From Pseudolysinimonas sp. (lineage in GTDB: Bacteria; Actinomycetota; Actinomycetes; Actinomycetales; Microbacteriaceae): DNA of 64,000 nt. The stretch is taken from assembly GCA_039928695.1 (NCBI GenBank), contig JBDSSQ010000042.1, positions 1,216-65,215 of the forward strand. The letters run 5' to 3'. Below, piece after piece: positions 1 to 7,449 of this stretch. The notes beneath the pieces were generated by a model. The model was not told where the DNA came from. It searched no databases and was given only the letters and a program-made list of their open reading frames with translations. Position numbers and translations under genes: made by a program. Within the stretch, counting starts at the first letter, position 1. Every line of letters starts with the position of its first letter.

Positions 1-2296
1 TGAACAGCCGCGCGCCCAGCGGCTCGACCGCCGATCCCGTCGCAGCGCCGAGGTCCTGGTTGAAGTACTCGATGTTCTGGCAGACGTCGAAGATGACGAA
101 GTCGGCCTTGTCCTCGCCAGGTCCGTAGAGATCGGGGCGCAGCCGGGTGCCCCGACCGACCATCTGCCAGTACTTGGTCTTGGAGTAGACCGGCTTGAAG
201 AAGACCAGATTGACCACATCGGGGATGTCAATGCCGGTGTCGAGCATGTCAACCGACACCGCGATCTGCGGCAGCTTGTCGGTCTGCGAGAACTCGTCGA
301 TCAGGTTCTGCACGTAGCTCGTCTTGTACGTGACAACGCGCGCGAAGTGACCGGCGTACTGCGGATAGTTCAGATCAAATCGCTTGACGATGAAGTCGGC
401 GTGCGCGTTACTCCGGGCGAACACGATCGTCTTTCCGAGCTTGTCGCCGCCGGCGACTTTGCGACCGTTGGTCATCAGCTCTTGCAGCACCTTGTCGACG
501 GTGTCCGCGTTGAACAGCCACTTGTTGACCGCCGCGGCATCCACCTCATCGGGCGGGTCGCCATCCTCCCAGTCGAGCAGGTCCCATTGCTCACGCTCTT
601 CGGGGCTGAGCTCGTCGTAACGAATGCCCTGACGCAAGAACTGGGTAGACACCGAGCGACCGACGGGCGGCACCAGGTATTCCTCGGCGATCGCGTCGGT
701 GAGGTCGTAGGAGTCGGTCGGCACGCCGTCTTCGAGGTTGAACAGCCCGTAGGTGTTGTGATCGATCTCGTCTTTCGGGGTGGCCGTCAGCCCGACCACG
801 AGTGCGTCGAAGTAGTTGAAGATCTCGCCGTACTTCTGATACACCGAGCGATGCGCCTCGTCGACCACGATCAGGTCGAAGTAGCCGGGGCCGAAACGCC
901 GGAGTTCGTCTTCGCCCTGATCGATCAGGTTCATGATCGTCGGATAGGTCGAGACGTAGACCCGCCCCTCCGAATCCTTGTCGGTCACCAGGTTGACCGG
1001 GGCGGCATCCGGAAGGTGCTGCTTGAAGGCGTTGGTGGCTTGGTTGACCAGCGCGATGCGGTCGGCGAGAAAGAGCACGCGCTTGACCCAGTTCGCCCGG
1101 ATCAGCAGGTCGGCCAGCGCGATAACCGTGCGCGTCTTGCCGCTGCCCGTGGCCATGACGAGCAGCGCGCGCCGCTCGTGCTGTAGGAATGCCTCGGCGA
1201 CGCGACGCACCGCACGCTGCTGGTAGTAGCGCTCGATGATCGTGTCGCTGATCGGTAGCGAGCCGAGCGGCTTGCGGGTGGTGCGGCGCTGGATCAGCAG
1301 CGCGAGCTGGTCACGCGTGTAGAAGCCCTGCACCGGGCGCGGTGGGTAGCTCGTGTCATCCCAGATCCAGTGCTCGTAGCCGTTCGTGTAGAAGATCACT
1401 GGGCGCTGACCGAACTGCCGCTCGAGCGCATCCGCGTAGAGCTTCGCCTGCTGCTGTCCGACGTTCGCGTCCTTCTTGGTGCGCTTGGCCTCGACCACCG
1501 CGAGCGGAAGCGCGTCGTCGCCCCACAACACGTAGTCGACGAAGCCCTTGCCGCCCTCGGAGTTGTTCGGCATCCCGGTGACCGGGTACTCGATCACGTT
1601 CGGCGCCTTCACATCCCAGCCCGCCTCGCGCAACAGCAAGTCGATGAACCGGTCACGGGTCTCGGCTTCGCTGTAATCGTGGGTGTCGGGCACCTTCGCG
1701 TTCGCGGCCTTCGCGAGCGCGACCTCGGCCTGAAGCGCCGCGACCTCGGCTTCGAGCGACTCGTTACGTTTCTCGGCCGCGGCAAGCTGCGCGTCTTTCG
1801 TCGCCAGTTCATCGGCAAGGGCCTTCACCTGAGCGAGCGTCTTGGCGACCATGCCCGGTTGCGGCTTCGGGATGGATGCCGCATCAAACGTCAGCCCCGC
1901 GGCCGGCCTGTCTTCGACTCTCAGCGCGTATCGCGTGGCGACCCACACCAGCACGTGAAACAGCTCGCGGATCACAGCGACACTGTCGTTCGAGCTCATC
2001 GGCGTCGTGCGGTGAACGGCGAAGTTGCCCTGACGCCGGATGAGATCCATCTTGGTGGCGATCGCCGGCCCGACCAGGCGCTTGAAGGTGGGCTCGAACA
2101 ACATGCTCGAGAGGTCGTCTTTGTAAGGCGGACGCAGGGTGGCGTCCGCCCGATACAGCCAGTTAACGGTGAGCTCGAGAGTGCGGCGCCCGTAGATCAA
2201 CGCCACTCGCGGGTCGGCGTAGGTGCTGCGCTCGGCGAGGCGAGCCTCTTCGGCGAGATCGGGCCATCCGGCGCGCACGAAGTCGAAGTTGCCCAC
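1..2296 (-). CDS. hsdR: Type I restriction enzyme R subunit (HsdR); C-terminal end runs off the left window edge (about 765 codons present)
   Basis: Own minus-strand translation; the ORF is open at the edge, so it is absent from the ORF track. GTG at 2296 is preceded by GGAGGAG (2301-2307). N-terminus is GNFDFVRAGWPDLAEEARLAE...; further in is ...DYSEAETRDRFIDLLLREAGWDV. Helicase motif I LLVMATGSGKTRTVIALADLL lies antisense of ~1100-1160, and the DEAH box DLIVVDEAHRS lies antisense of ~845-875. Plus-strand ORFs 347-1186 and 1370-2335 are Arg/Gly-rich antisense artefacts. Confidence 0.85.
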   Translation of the reverse strand, partial: MGNFDFVRAGWPDLAEEARLAERSTYADPRVALIYGRRTLELTVNWLYRADATLRPPYKDDLSSMLFEPTFKRLVGPAIATKMDLIRRQGNFAVHRTTPMSSNDSVAVIRELFHVLVWVATRYALRVEDRPAAGLTFDAASIPKPQPGMVAKTLAQVKALADELATKDAQLAAAEKRNESLEAEVAALQAEVALAKAANAKVPDTHDYSEAETRDRFIDLLLREAGWDVKAPNVIEYPVTGMPNNSEGGKGFVDYVLWGDDALPLAVVEAKRTKKDANVGQQQAKLYADALERQFGQRPVIFYTNGYEHWIWDDTSYPPRPVQGFYTRDQLALLIQRRTTRKPLGSLPISDTIIERYYQQRAVRRVAEAFLQHERRALLVMATGSGKTRTVIALADLLIRANWVKRVLFLADRIALVNQATNAFKQHLPDAAPVNLVTDKDSEGRVYVSTYPTIMNLIDQGEDELRRFGPGYFDLIVVDEAHRSVYQKYGEIFNYFDALVVGLTATPKDEIDHNTYGLFNLEDGVPTDSYDLTDAIAEEYLVPPVGRSVSTQFLRQGIRYDELSPEEREQWDLLDWEDGDPPDEVDAAAVNKWLFNADTVDKVLQELMTNGRKVAGGDKLGKTIVFARSNAHADFIVKRFDLNYPQYAGHFARVVTYKTSYVQNLIDEFSQTDKLPQIAVSVDMLDTGIDIPDVVNLVFFKPVYSKTKYWQMVGRGTRLRPDLYGPGEDKADFVIFDVCQNIEYFNQDLGAATGSAVEPLGARLF

Positions 2297-2355
2297 TCGA
2301 CTCCTCCCCGATTGCGGCCGTCGCCAGGATACTGACCGACCGCAGCGTCCGGTGA

Positions 2356-2373
2356 AATACTGCTAGCAGTATT
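2356..2373. promoter_or_regulatory. Perfect 18-bp palindrome AATACTGCTAGCAGTATT between the divergent hsdR and vapB starts; candidate VapB operator
   Basis: Read directly. The palindrome ends 11-20 nt upstream of the candidate vapB start codons (2385/2388/2394). Type II antitoxins commonly autoregulate through such palindromes. Confidence 0.45.
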
Positions 2374-2384
2374 GCGAGTCTAGG

Positions 2385-2642
2385 ATGATGGCCATGAAGA
2401 CCACCTTCGACCTGCCCGAGACGCTGGTCGCCGATGTGAAGCGCATCGCCCGCGCCCGCGGCACCACGTCACGCGAGCTCGTGCGCCAGGCGCTGACGCG
2501 GCTGGTCGACGAGGATTCAGCTCCGCCCAAGCCCTTTAAGCTGCGCGACATGAGCGTCAACATCGGTTGGCCTGCCGATCTCGATCAAGCAGAACTCAAG
2601 CGGCTCTACCGTGAGTCAAACGACCGCGAAATCGACTGGTGA
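2385..2642 (+). CDS. VapB-type antitoxin (RHH/DUF2191-like)
   Basis: Track ORF MMAMKTTFDLPETLVADVKRIARARGTTSRELVRQALTRLV... The N-terminus looks like a ribbon-helix-helix fold. The stop TGA (2640-2642) is 1 nt before the PIN gene ATG. The start may instead be ATG 2394 (AGGA at 2382-2385). Confidence 0.7.
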   Translation: MMAMKTTFDLPETLVADVKRIARARGTTSRELVRQALTRLVDEDSAPPKPFKLRDMSVNIGWPADLDQAELKRLYRESNDREIDW

Positions 2643-2643
2643 C

Positions 2644-3075
2644 ATGCGCTCGGTCGATACCAATATTCTCGTGCACGCCTATTCGGCCGAATCCCCTCGG
2701 CACGACATCAGCGCGGCCTTGATCGACTCCTTGGCGGCATCGACCGCCCCTTGGGCTATTGCCTGGCCCTGCATTCACGAGTTCTTTGGGGCGGTCACGC
2801 GTCGGTCGCGCTTCCCGCATGCGCCGGGCCCAGAGGTGGCGCTGGCTCAGATCGAAGAGTGGTTGTCGTCACCCTCGCTCATGCTGCTCTCCGAGTCTCG
2901 AAATCATTGGGCGACACTGTCGCGGCTCGTGCGCGACCACGACGTCACGGGGCCCGTGGTTCATGACGCGAAGATCGCTGCGATCTGCCTCGACAACGGC
3001 GTCGACGAGTTCGTGACCTTCGATCGTGACTTCAGCCGCTTTCCCGAGCTCAAGGTGCGCACCCTCGAGGCCTGA
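2644..3075 (+). CDS. PIN-domain toxin (VapC family)
   Basis: MRSVDTNILVHAY...HDAKIAAICL...VTFDRDF shows the acidic PIN signature residues. It follows the antitoxin directly. I take the start as in-frame ATG 2644 rather than the track start 2611, which overlaps vapB. Confidence 0.8.
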   Translation: MRSVDTNILVHAYSAESPRHDISAALIDSLAASTAPWAIAWPCIHEFFGAVTRRSRFPHAPGPEVALAQIEEWLSSPSLMLLSESRNHWATLSRLVRDHDVTGPVVHDAKIAAICLDNGVDEFVTFDRDFSRFPELKVRTLEA

Positions 3076-3173
3076 AGTTGCGGAATGTCGGTGGCCCCCG
3101 ATGAACTGCTCGACTTGCCACTCGGCGGGTCCCACATCCCCGGATGCGGTGCAGTCACTCGCAAGGAGTCACC

Positions 3174-4151
3174 ATGTCCGACACCAACAGCCCCGAGCCC
3201 GCGGCGACTGAGCCGCCTGTCCCACCCGTGCCCGCTGCGGAGCCCGCAGTCAACGCGCCGCCTGCTCCCCCGAAATCCGGCATCGCCCTAGCCGCCCTGA
3301 TCGTCGGGATCGTGGCGGCCCTCTTCGCCATCATCCCCGGCCCCAGCTTCGGAGCGTTCGTCCCCGCGATCCTGGCCGCCGTGCTCGGGATCGTCGCACT
3401 CACCCGCAAGACCCCGCGCCGTGGTTTCGCGCTGGCTGGCATCATTTTGGGCGCCGTCTCGCTGCTGGTGGCGATCATCGTCAGCATCGCCACGATCGTC
3501 GCGGGCGCCGGGTTGGCGTCGCACAACTCCCTGCTCGGCGACGGCTCGAACGGTAGCGGCGGCTCGGGCTCGTCCTCCTCGAGTCAGGCAGCGAAGCCGA
3601 CGCCCACCCCGACCCAAGCGCCGGTCCCAGCCGACGTGGTGCTCAGCGGCCATGGTGACGCGGTGATCAAGGCGACAGCGCTCGACGGAGCTGACGAGCC
3701 CGGCGTCGCGACGTTCACCCACGACGGTTCCGACAACTTCACCGTCTGGTCGCTCGACGCCAACGTGAACCAGCTCGACCTGCTGGTGAACACAATCGGT
3801 GCGTACAACGGCACCGTGCTCTTCGACAAGCAGTCGAGCCAGCACACCGAGTCGCTGCAGATCACCGCCGACGGCAACTGGACGGTGACGCTGCACTCGA
3901 TTCGCGCGCTGCGCGACTTCGACACCTCGACGACCGGCCACGGGGATAACGTGCTCATCTACCGCGGCAACGCCGGCGCCGCGACCATCAGCCACGACGG
4001 TTCGAGCAACTTCGCCATCTGGACCTACGGCGACCAGACCAACCTCGTCGTCAACGAGATCGGTGCCTACAACGGCACCGTGCGGTGGACGAAGGGGGCC
4101 GAACTGGTGACGGTGACAGCCGACGGCAACTGGTCGATCAAGGTCGGGTAA
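3174..4151 (+). CDS. Membrane protein: Pro-rich N-terminus, DUF4190-like double TM region, Ser/Gly/Thr/Pro linker, and two tandem ~80-aa C-terminal repeats
   Basis: AGGAG is 6 nt upstream of ATG 3174. TM stretches are GIALAALIVGIVAALFAII and FALAGIILGAVSLLVAIIV. The repeats are GHGDAVIKAT..HDGSDNFTVWS..NTIGAYNGTV..TADGNWTVTL and GHGDNVLIYR..HDGSSNFAIWT..NEIGAYNGTV..TADGNWSIKV. Confidence 0.7.
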   Translation: MSDTNSPEPAATEPPVPPVPAAEPAVNAPPAPPKSGIALAALIVGIVAALFAIIPGPSFGAFVPAILAAVLGIVALTRKTPRRGFALAGIILGAVSLLVAIIVSIATIVAGAGLASHNSLLGDGSNGSGGSGSSSSSQAAKPTPTPTQAPVPADVVLSGHGDAVIKATALDGADEPGVATFTHDGSDNFTVWSLDANVNQLDLLVNTIGAYNGTVLFDKQSSQHTESLQITADGNWTVTLHSIRALRDFDTSTTGHGDNVLIYRGNAGAATISHDGSSNFAIWTYGDQTNLVVNEIGAYNGTVRWTKGAELVTVTADGNWSIKVG

Positions 4152-4169
4152 CGAACGAGCGGTTACCAA

Positions 4170-4195
4170 GGCGGCGCGGCGAAAGCTGCGCCGCC
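4170..4195. terminator. GC-rich hairpin with GAAA tetraloop between convergent genes (candidate bidirectional terminator)
   Basis: GGCGGCGCGGC-GAAA-GCTGCGCCGCC forms an 11-bp stem with one G-U pair. It lies between the stop at 4151 (+) and the stop at 4199 (-). There is no strong U-tract. Confidence 0.5.
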
Positions 4196-4198
4196 GAG

Positions 4199-4456
4199 TC
4201 ACCGCTCGTACAGGTCACGTCGGTGCCCGAGCGTGACGACGACGACCAGGAGCACGTCATCCTGAATCAGGTAGACGATCCGGTAATCGCCAACCCGAAC
4301 TCGCAGCCCCGGCAGGCCTTGGAGCGCTCGAGCCCCCGGCGGGCGTGGATCTTGGCCCAACAAGGCGATTGCCCCGCGGATTCTTTCGCGATCTTCGTGA
4401 TCGATCCGCTTCAACGCGCGAACTGCTGCTGGGCGCAGCTCGATTCGATAACTCAC
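4199..4456 (-). CDS. RelE/ParE-family toxin
   Basis: MSYRIELRPAAVRALKRIDHEDRERIRGAIALLGQDPRPPGARAL...RVRVGDYRIVYLIQDD is a typical RelE/ParE layout. Its GTG start overlaps the antitoxin stop (GTGA, 4453-4456). Confidence 0.8.
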   Translation of the reverse strand: MSYRIELRPAAVRALKRIDHEDRERIRGAIALLGQDPRPPGARALQGLPGLRVRVGDYRIVYLIQDDVLLVVVVTLGHRRDLYER

Positions 4457-4704
4457 ACCCAGCCCAGGTCCGCCTTGACCTGCTGCCAGGGGATGTTGGG
4501 TCCCTCTTCCGCTGCCATCGCCTCATCGAATGCGGCAACATCTTCGGCGTCTTCGAGCGCTTCCATCATGCGTTCATACTGTTCCGGGCTGACGACAACG
4601 GCGGCGCGCCGGCCGCGGCGTTCGATGAAGACGGCTTCGCCCTGGGCTCGGTCGAGCACCTCCGAGAAGTTCTTGCGCGCGTCTGCGACGCTGACAACTG
4701 ACAT
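4453..4704 (-). CDS. Phd/YefM-family antitoxin
   Basis: MSVVSVADARKNFSEVLDRAQGEAVFIERRGRRAAVVVSPEQYERMMEALED matches the Phd/YefM pattern. I prefer ATG 4704 over the track start 4719, which lies inside the operator palindrome. Confidence 0.8.
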   Translation of the reverse strand: MSVVSVADARKNFSEVLDRAQGEAVFIERRGRRAAVVVSPEQYERMMEALEDAEDVAAFDEAMAAEEGPNIPWQQVKADLGWV

Positions 4705-4711
4705 GAGTGAA

Positions 4712-4740
4712 ATGTACATTCGCAGTCAACAAATGTACAT
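4712..4740. promoter_or_regulatory. Two copies of the palindromic octamer ATGTACAT (4712-4719 and 4733-4740), 21 bp centre to centre; candidate Phd/RelE operator
   Basis: Read directly. Both copies lie immediately upstream of the phd start, in the 44-nt gap after the upstream PIN gene stop. Confidence 0.45.
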
Positions 4741-4748
4741 AAAGCTCA

Positions 4749-5186
4749 TCAGCCGAGCTCGAGAAGCGTCAGCCCCGGCGCCCCGCGATAGATGCCGTCG
4801 CCCGAAAGAAGCGGCAATCCTTTGGAAATCGCACACGCCGCTATCCATCGATCGCCCACGTGAATCTTCTCGCCCAGCGCGTGACCGGCGGCACGCGCGT
4901 CGCGGCTCAACGCGGCGAAGGCTTCGACGACGCCTTGGTCGACATCGACGGTAGGGGTGGAATCGAGGCGCTCACGAAGCGCACCGAGGCGCGCCTCGCC
5001 CCAGTGCGCGATGAGCGCGCCGCTCAGAGCTTCCGCTCGAGTCTGAAACGAGACGACAACGCGCGAACCCGTAAGCGCTCGGGCCCAGTCATCAATGGGA
5101 TGCCCCTGACTCTGAGCGGTTGCGCGTGGCGAAACGTAAAGCGCACTGAATACATCGGTATCCAGGAGAACGGCAGACGCCGCCAT
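4749..5186 (-). CDS. PIN-domain toxin (VapC-like)
   Basis: MAASAVLLDTDVFSALYV...GDRWIAACAISKGLPLLSGDGIY has the PIN layout. Its ATG is 2 nt after the stop of the upstream 286-aa ORF. Confidence 0.75.
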   Translation of the reverse strand: MAASAVLLDTDVFSALYVSPRATAQSQGHPIDDWARALTGSRVVVSFQTRAEALSGALIAHWGEARLGALRERLDSTPTVDVDQGVVEAFAALSRDARAAGHALGEKIHVGDRWIAACAISKGLPLLSGDGIYRGAPGLTLLELG

Positions 5187-5188
5187 CG

Positions 5189-6049
5189 TCAGGCCCTCAA
5201 AGCCTCGAGGAACGCGGTGGCTTCGTCGTCGGTCAGACCGGGGAGGCCACCTGCGGTCGGTCCCGGGGCGGCGAGAATCTCGTCGAGCGAGACCGATTCG
5301 CGCAGGCCAGCTGCCGCATCGAGGCCGGGGGCCGCGGCGATCTCAGCGTCACGGATCTCAGACAGACGACCGCGTGAATCCCGGTCAGGTGATCCCGTCA
5401 CGGTGACGTATCCGCCGAGAAGGTGAGCGACCGAGGAATCGTTATCGACGCGCGGCAGGGCGAACTCATTGCCGACGTCGTCCTGAACCTGAAGACGGTG
5501 GGTCTTGAGGTTGACGGCGTAGAGGCGCCCGACAACTGTGACCCTTTCCGAGCTGTCCGCAGCTGGCACGGGCTTCCACGTTTCACGGTGAGTCTCGGCT
5601 GTCCGGAAGGTGCGACGGACTACCCCACCCAAGCTGAACTCGATCTCGGGAGCAGCTTTTTGCAACACTGCAACGAGATCGGCCGTGGTCTCAGCAAGGG
5701 TGTCGCTCACCTCAAGCGGCCGCTCATCATCGCCGATGGCCTCAATAATCGCCGCGAACCGGGCATCGAAACCACTTTCGTGGTCAAGGTCGAAGTCGAG
5801 CGTGCCGTCTTCTTCGACTCGCTCCACCTGAATGACCGTGCTGCCGCCTGTGAGCCCGACGAGTCGGAGCTTGGCAACCCGTTCGACCTGTTTGCTCGGG
5901 CGGCCGCGGTCGGCGGCCTCGGTTTCGACCCGACCGATCTTGGTGGCGAGTTCCTGCAGCTTTTGCAGGATTCCGACGACATCATCGACATTGATTTGGC
6001 CCTGCGGCGCATCTGCACCGATGAGGCGTAACTCGAACTGAGTCGACAT
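5189..6049 (-). CDS. Hypothetical 286-aa protein in the antitoxin position upstream of the PIN gene
   Basis: ATG 6049 is preceded by GGGGGTGA. The sequence is acidic: MSTQFELRLIGADAPQGQINVDDVVGILQKLQELATKIG...VTVVGRLYAVNLKTHRLQVQDDVGNEFAL...GLTDDEATAFLEALRA. I recognise no family. The track's extension to 6301 is Arg/Cys/Trp-rich and was not used. Confidence 0.55.
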   Translation of the reverse strand: MSTQFELRLIGADAPQGQINVDDVVGILQKLQELATKIGRVETEAADRGRPSKQVERVAKLRLVGLTGGSTVIQVERVEEDGTLDFDLDHESGFDARFAAIIEAIGDDERPLEVSDTLAETTADLVAVLQKAAPEIEFSLGGVVRRTFRTAETHRETWKPVPAADSSERVTVVGRLYAVNLKTHRLQVQDDVGNEFALPRVDNDSSVAHLLGGYVTVTGSPDRDSRGRLSEIRDAEIAAAPGLDAAAGLRESVSLDEILAAPGPTAGGLPGLTDDEATAFLEALRA

Positions 6050-6371
6050 CGCAATCACCCCCGCTACGTTGATCGTGTCCCTGAGGAACCTGTCGAGGCA
6101 AAGGATGCTTCCCGACCTGGCGCAGTCCGATCGTAGCGGCCACCACCGCGTATCTTCCTCGGCAGCTAACAGGCTTTTCGACTGCGTAGGTAAAGATCTA
6201 CGCGCTCTCTCACTCGCGAAGAACTGCGACGAGTCAAGCCGCTTGATCGCGACCGTGCGCTCGACCGCTACCTCGATGTCGTAATAGTCACACAAGCGCA
6301 TGCGTGTCGCTCCCGCTCATGTCGGCGGCGGTGCATATTGTGAAACCCCCAGATGACTGGAGGTGAGAAAA

Positions 6372-6599
6372 ATGGCAGATTACGACGTCTACAAGACGGG
6401 CGACGGATGGGCTGCGAAGCGTGAGGACGGTGCACGTGCGTCCTCGGTTCACGACACGCAAGCTGCGGCCTACGATGCCGCGCGCAACTATGCCGGGAAC
6501 AACGGCGGTGGTGACGTAAGCATCCACGGGCGTAACGGGCAGATTCGCGAGAAGAACACAATCGCGCCCGGCAACGATCCGCGCAACATCAAGGGGTGA
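6372..6599 (+). CDS. DUF2188-family small protein
   Basis: GGAGGTGA precedes ATG 6372. MADYDVYKTGDGWAAKREDGARASSVHDTQAAAYDAARNYAGNNGGGDVSIHGRNGQIREKNT matches the DUF2188 pattern (W..k..ga.ra...f.tk.eAi..A...A......e..ih..dG.I.). Confidence 0.65.
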   Translation: MADYDVYKTGDGWAAKREDGARASSVHDTQAAAYDAARNYAGNNGGGDVSIHGRNGQIREKNTIAPGNDPRNIKG

Positions 6600-6667
6600 C
6601 GCACCGGATGCGGTACCTGCCAACCCGAGAGGCAGGTGCCGCACTCGTCGCAGCAAGAGGAGACCCA

Positions 6668-7153
6668 ATGAAACGCAGCGAACAGGGCCGCGAGGATCGT
6701 GAGTTGAAGTCACGATTGTGGATAACACGTGAGTTGCTTGCGGAAGTGGATCGGCAGCGGGAGTCTGCGGCAGGACGAACCACGACCATGATCACTCGAC
6801 TCAGCATCCTGATGGCTGCTGCGAGCGTGGCCGGAGGAGCAACCCTGACCCAGAAGGACCCGGGCGTGTTCTTGGTGGCGGCAGCGATGCTTGCGGCAGG
6901 AGCAGCGGTGACGGGTGTCGTCGCGCTTGTGCCACGCGGCGTCGGCGAGAACGGTATCGAAGAGACGCAGCGCGAGATGTGGAATGTCAACGAGCCGCGC
7001 GCCCTGCACGTTTTTCTCTCCCGCAAGCTCGAGACGCTGCGAGACGAGGAGCGATTGCTCGACTTCCGTGCATGGTGCGCTCGCATAGGTTTCATGCTTC
7101 TCACACTGTCGTTGGTCGCTATCGCGGCTGGCATTTTCGAAAAGACGCTCTAA
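6668..7153 (+). CDS. Hypothetical 3-TM membrane protein
   Basis: GAGGAG is 6 nt upstream of ATG 6668. An N-terminal charged helix is followed by TM1 ITRLSILMAAASVAGGATL and TM2 VFLVAAAMLAAGAAVTGVVALV, then a ~50-aa soluble loop and TM3 IGFMLLTLSLVAIAAGIF. The family is unknown. Confidence 0.55.
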   Translation: MKRSEQGREDRELKSRLWITRELLAEVDRQRESAAGRTTTMITRLSILMAAASVAGGATLTQKDPGVFLVAAAMLAAGAAVTGVVALVPRGVGENGIEETQREMWNVNEPRALHVFLSRKLETLRDEERLLDFRAWCARIGFMLLTLSLVAIAAGIFEKTL

Positions 7154-7166
7154 GAAATGAGGATCC

Positions 7167-7265
7167 ATGGCCGACACGCCGACACCGCCCGCTGCGCCCC
7201 CGAGACCGGAGCCGAAGGTGATTGTGACTAAGGGCAGCGGAATACCGATGGAAAAGCGCGGCTGA
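7167..7265 (+). CDS. Candidate 32-codon ORF (MADTPTPPAAPPRPEPKVIVTKGSGIPMEKRG)
   Basis: GAGGA is 4 nt upstream of the ATG. It lies directly after the 3-TM gene and is a twin of the next ORF. Pro-rich short ORFs arise easily by chance in high-GC DNA. Confidence 0.2.
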   Translation: MADTPTPPAAPPRPEPKVIVTKGSGIPMEKRG

Positions 7266-7268
7266 GAA

Positions 7269-7367
7269 ATGGCCGACAATCCTGCCCCTGTGCCGCCGAA
7301 GGTTCCAGAGCGTCCAGAGCCTCCGCGACGCATTCAGGAGGGCCAGAGACCCCCTCGTCGCCCTTAG
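7269..7367 (+). CDS. Candidate 32-codon ORF (MADNPAPVPPKVPERPEPPRRIQEGQRPPRRP)
   Basis: It has the same length as the preceding ORF, the same MAD.P.P start and the same RPEP core, and begins 3 nt after the preceding stop. The RBS is weak. Confidence 0.2.
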   Translation: MADNPAPVPPKVPERPEPPRRIQEGQRPPRRP

Positions 7368-7449
7368 ACCTCGCGCTGCCACGCTTCTCCGCGCGCTCGA
7401 GGGCATCCCCGCGCGCTCGCCAACGCAAAGGAGATCGCAGGGGTGCTGT

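Noticed and set aside
347-2335. Plus-strand track ORFs 347-1186 (279 aa) and 1370-2335 (321 aa).
   Set aside because: They are Arg/Gly/Val/Asp-rich with no recognisable motifs. The opposite strand translates into a continuous HsdR with helicase motif I and a DEAH box. These are typical antisense open frames of high-GC DNA.
6050-6301. The upstream 84-codon extension of track ORF 5189-6301.
   Set aside because: The extension (MRLCDYYDIEV...RSDCARSGSILCLDRFLRD) is Arg/Cys/Trp-rich and lies in a lower-GC intergenic-looking stretch. ATG 6049 has a G-rich RBS. It remains possible and needs experimental start mapping.
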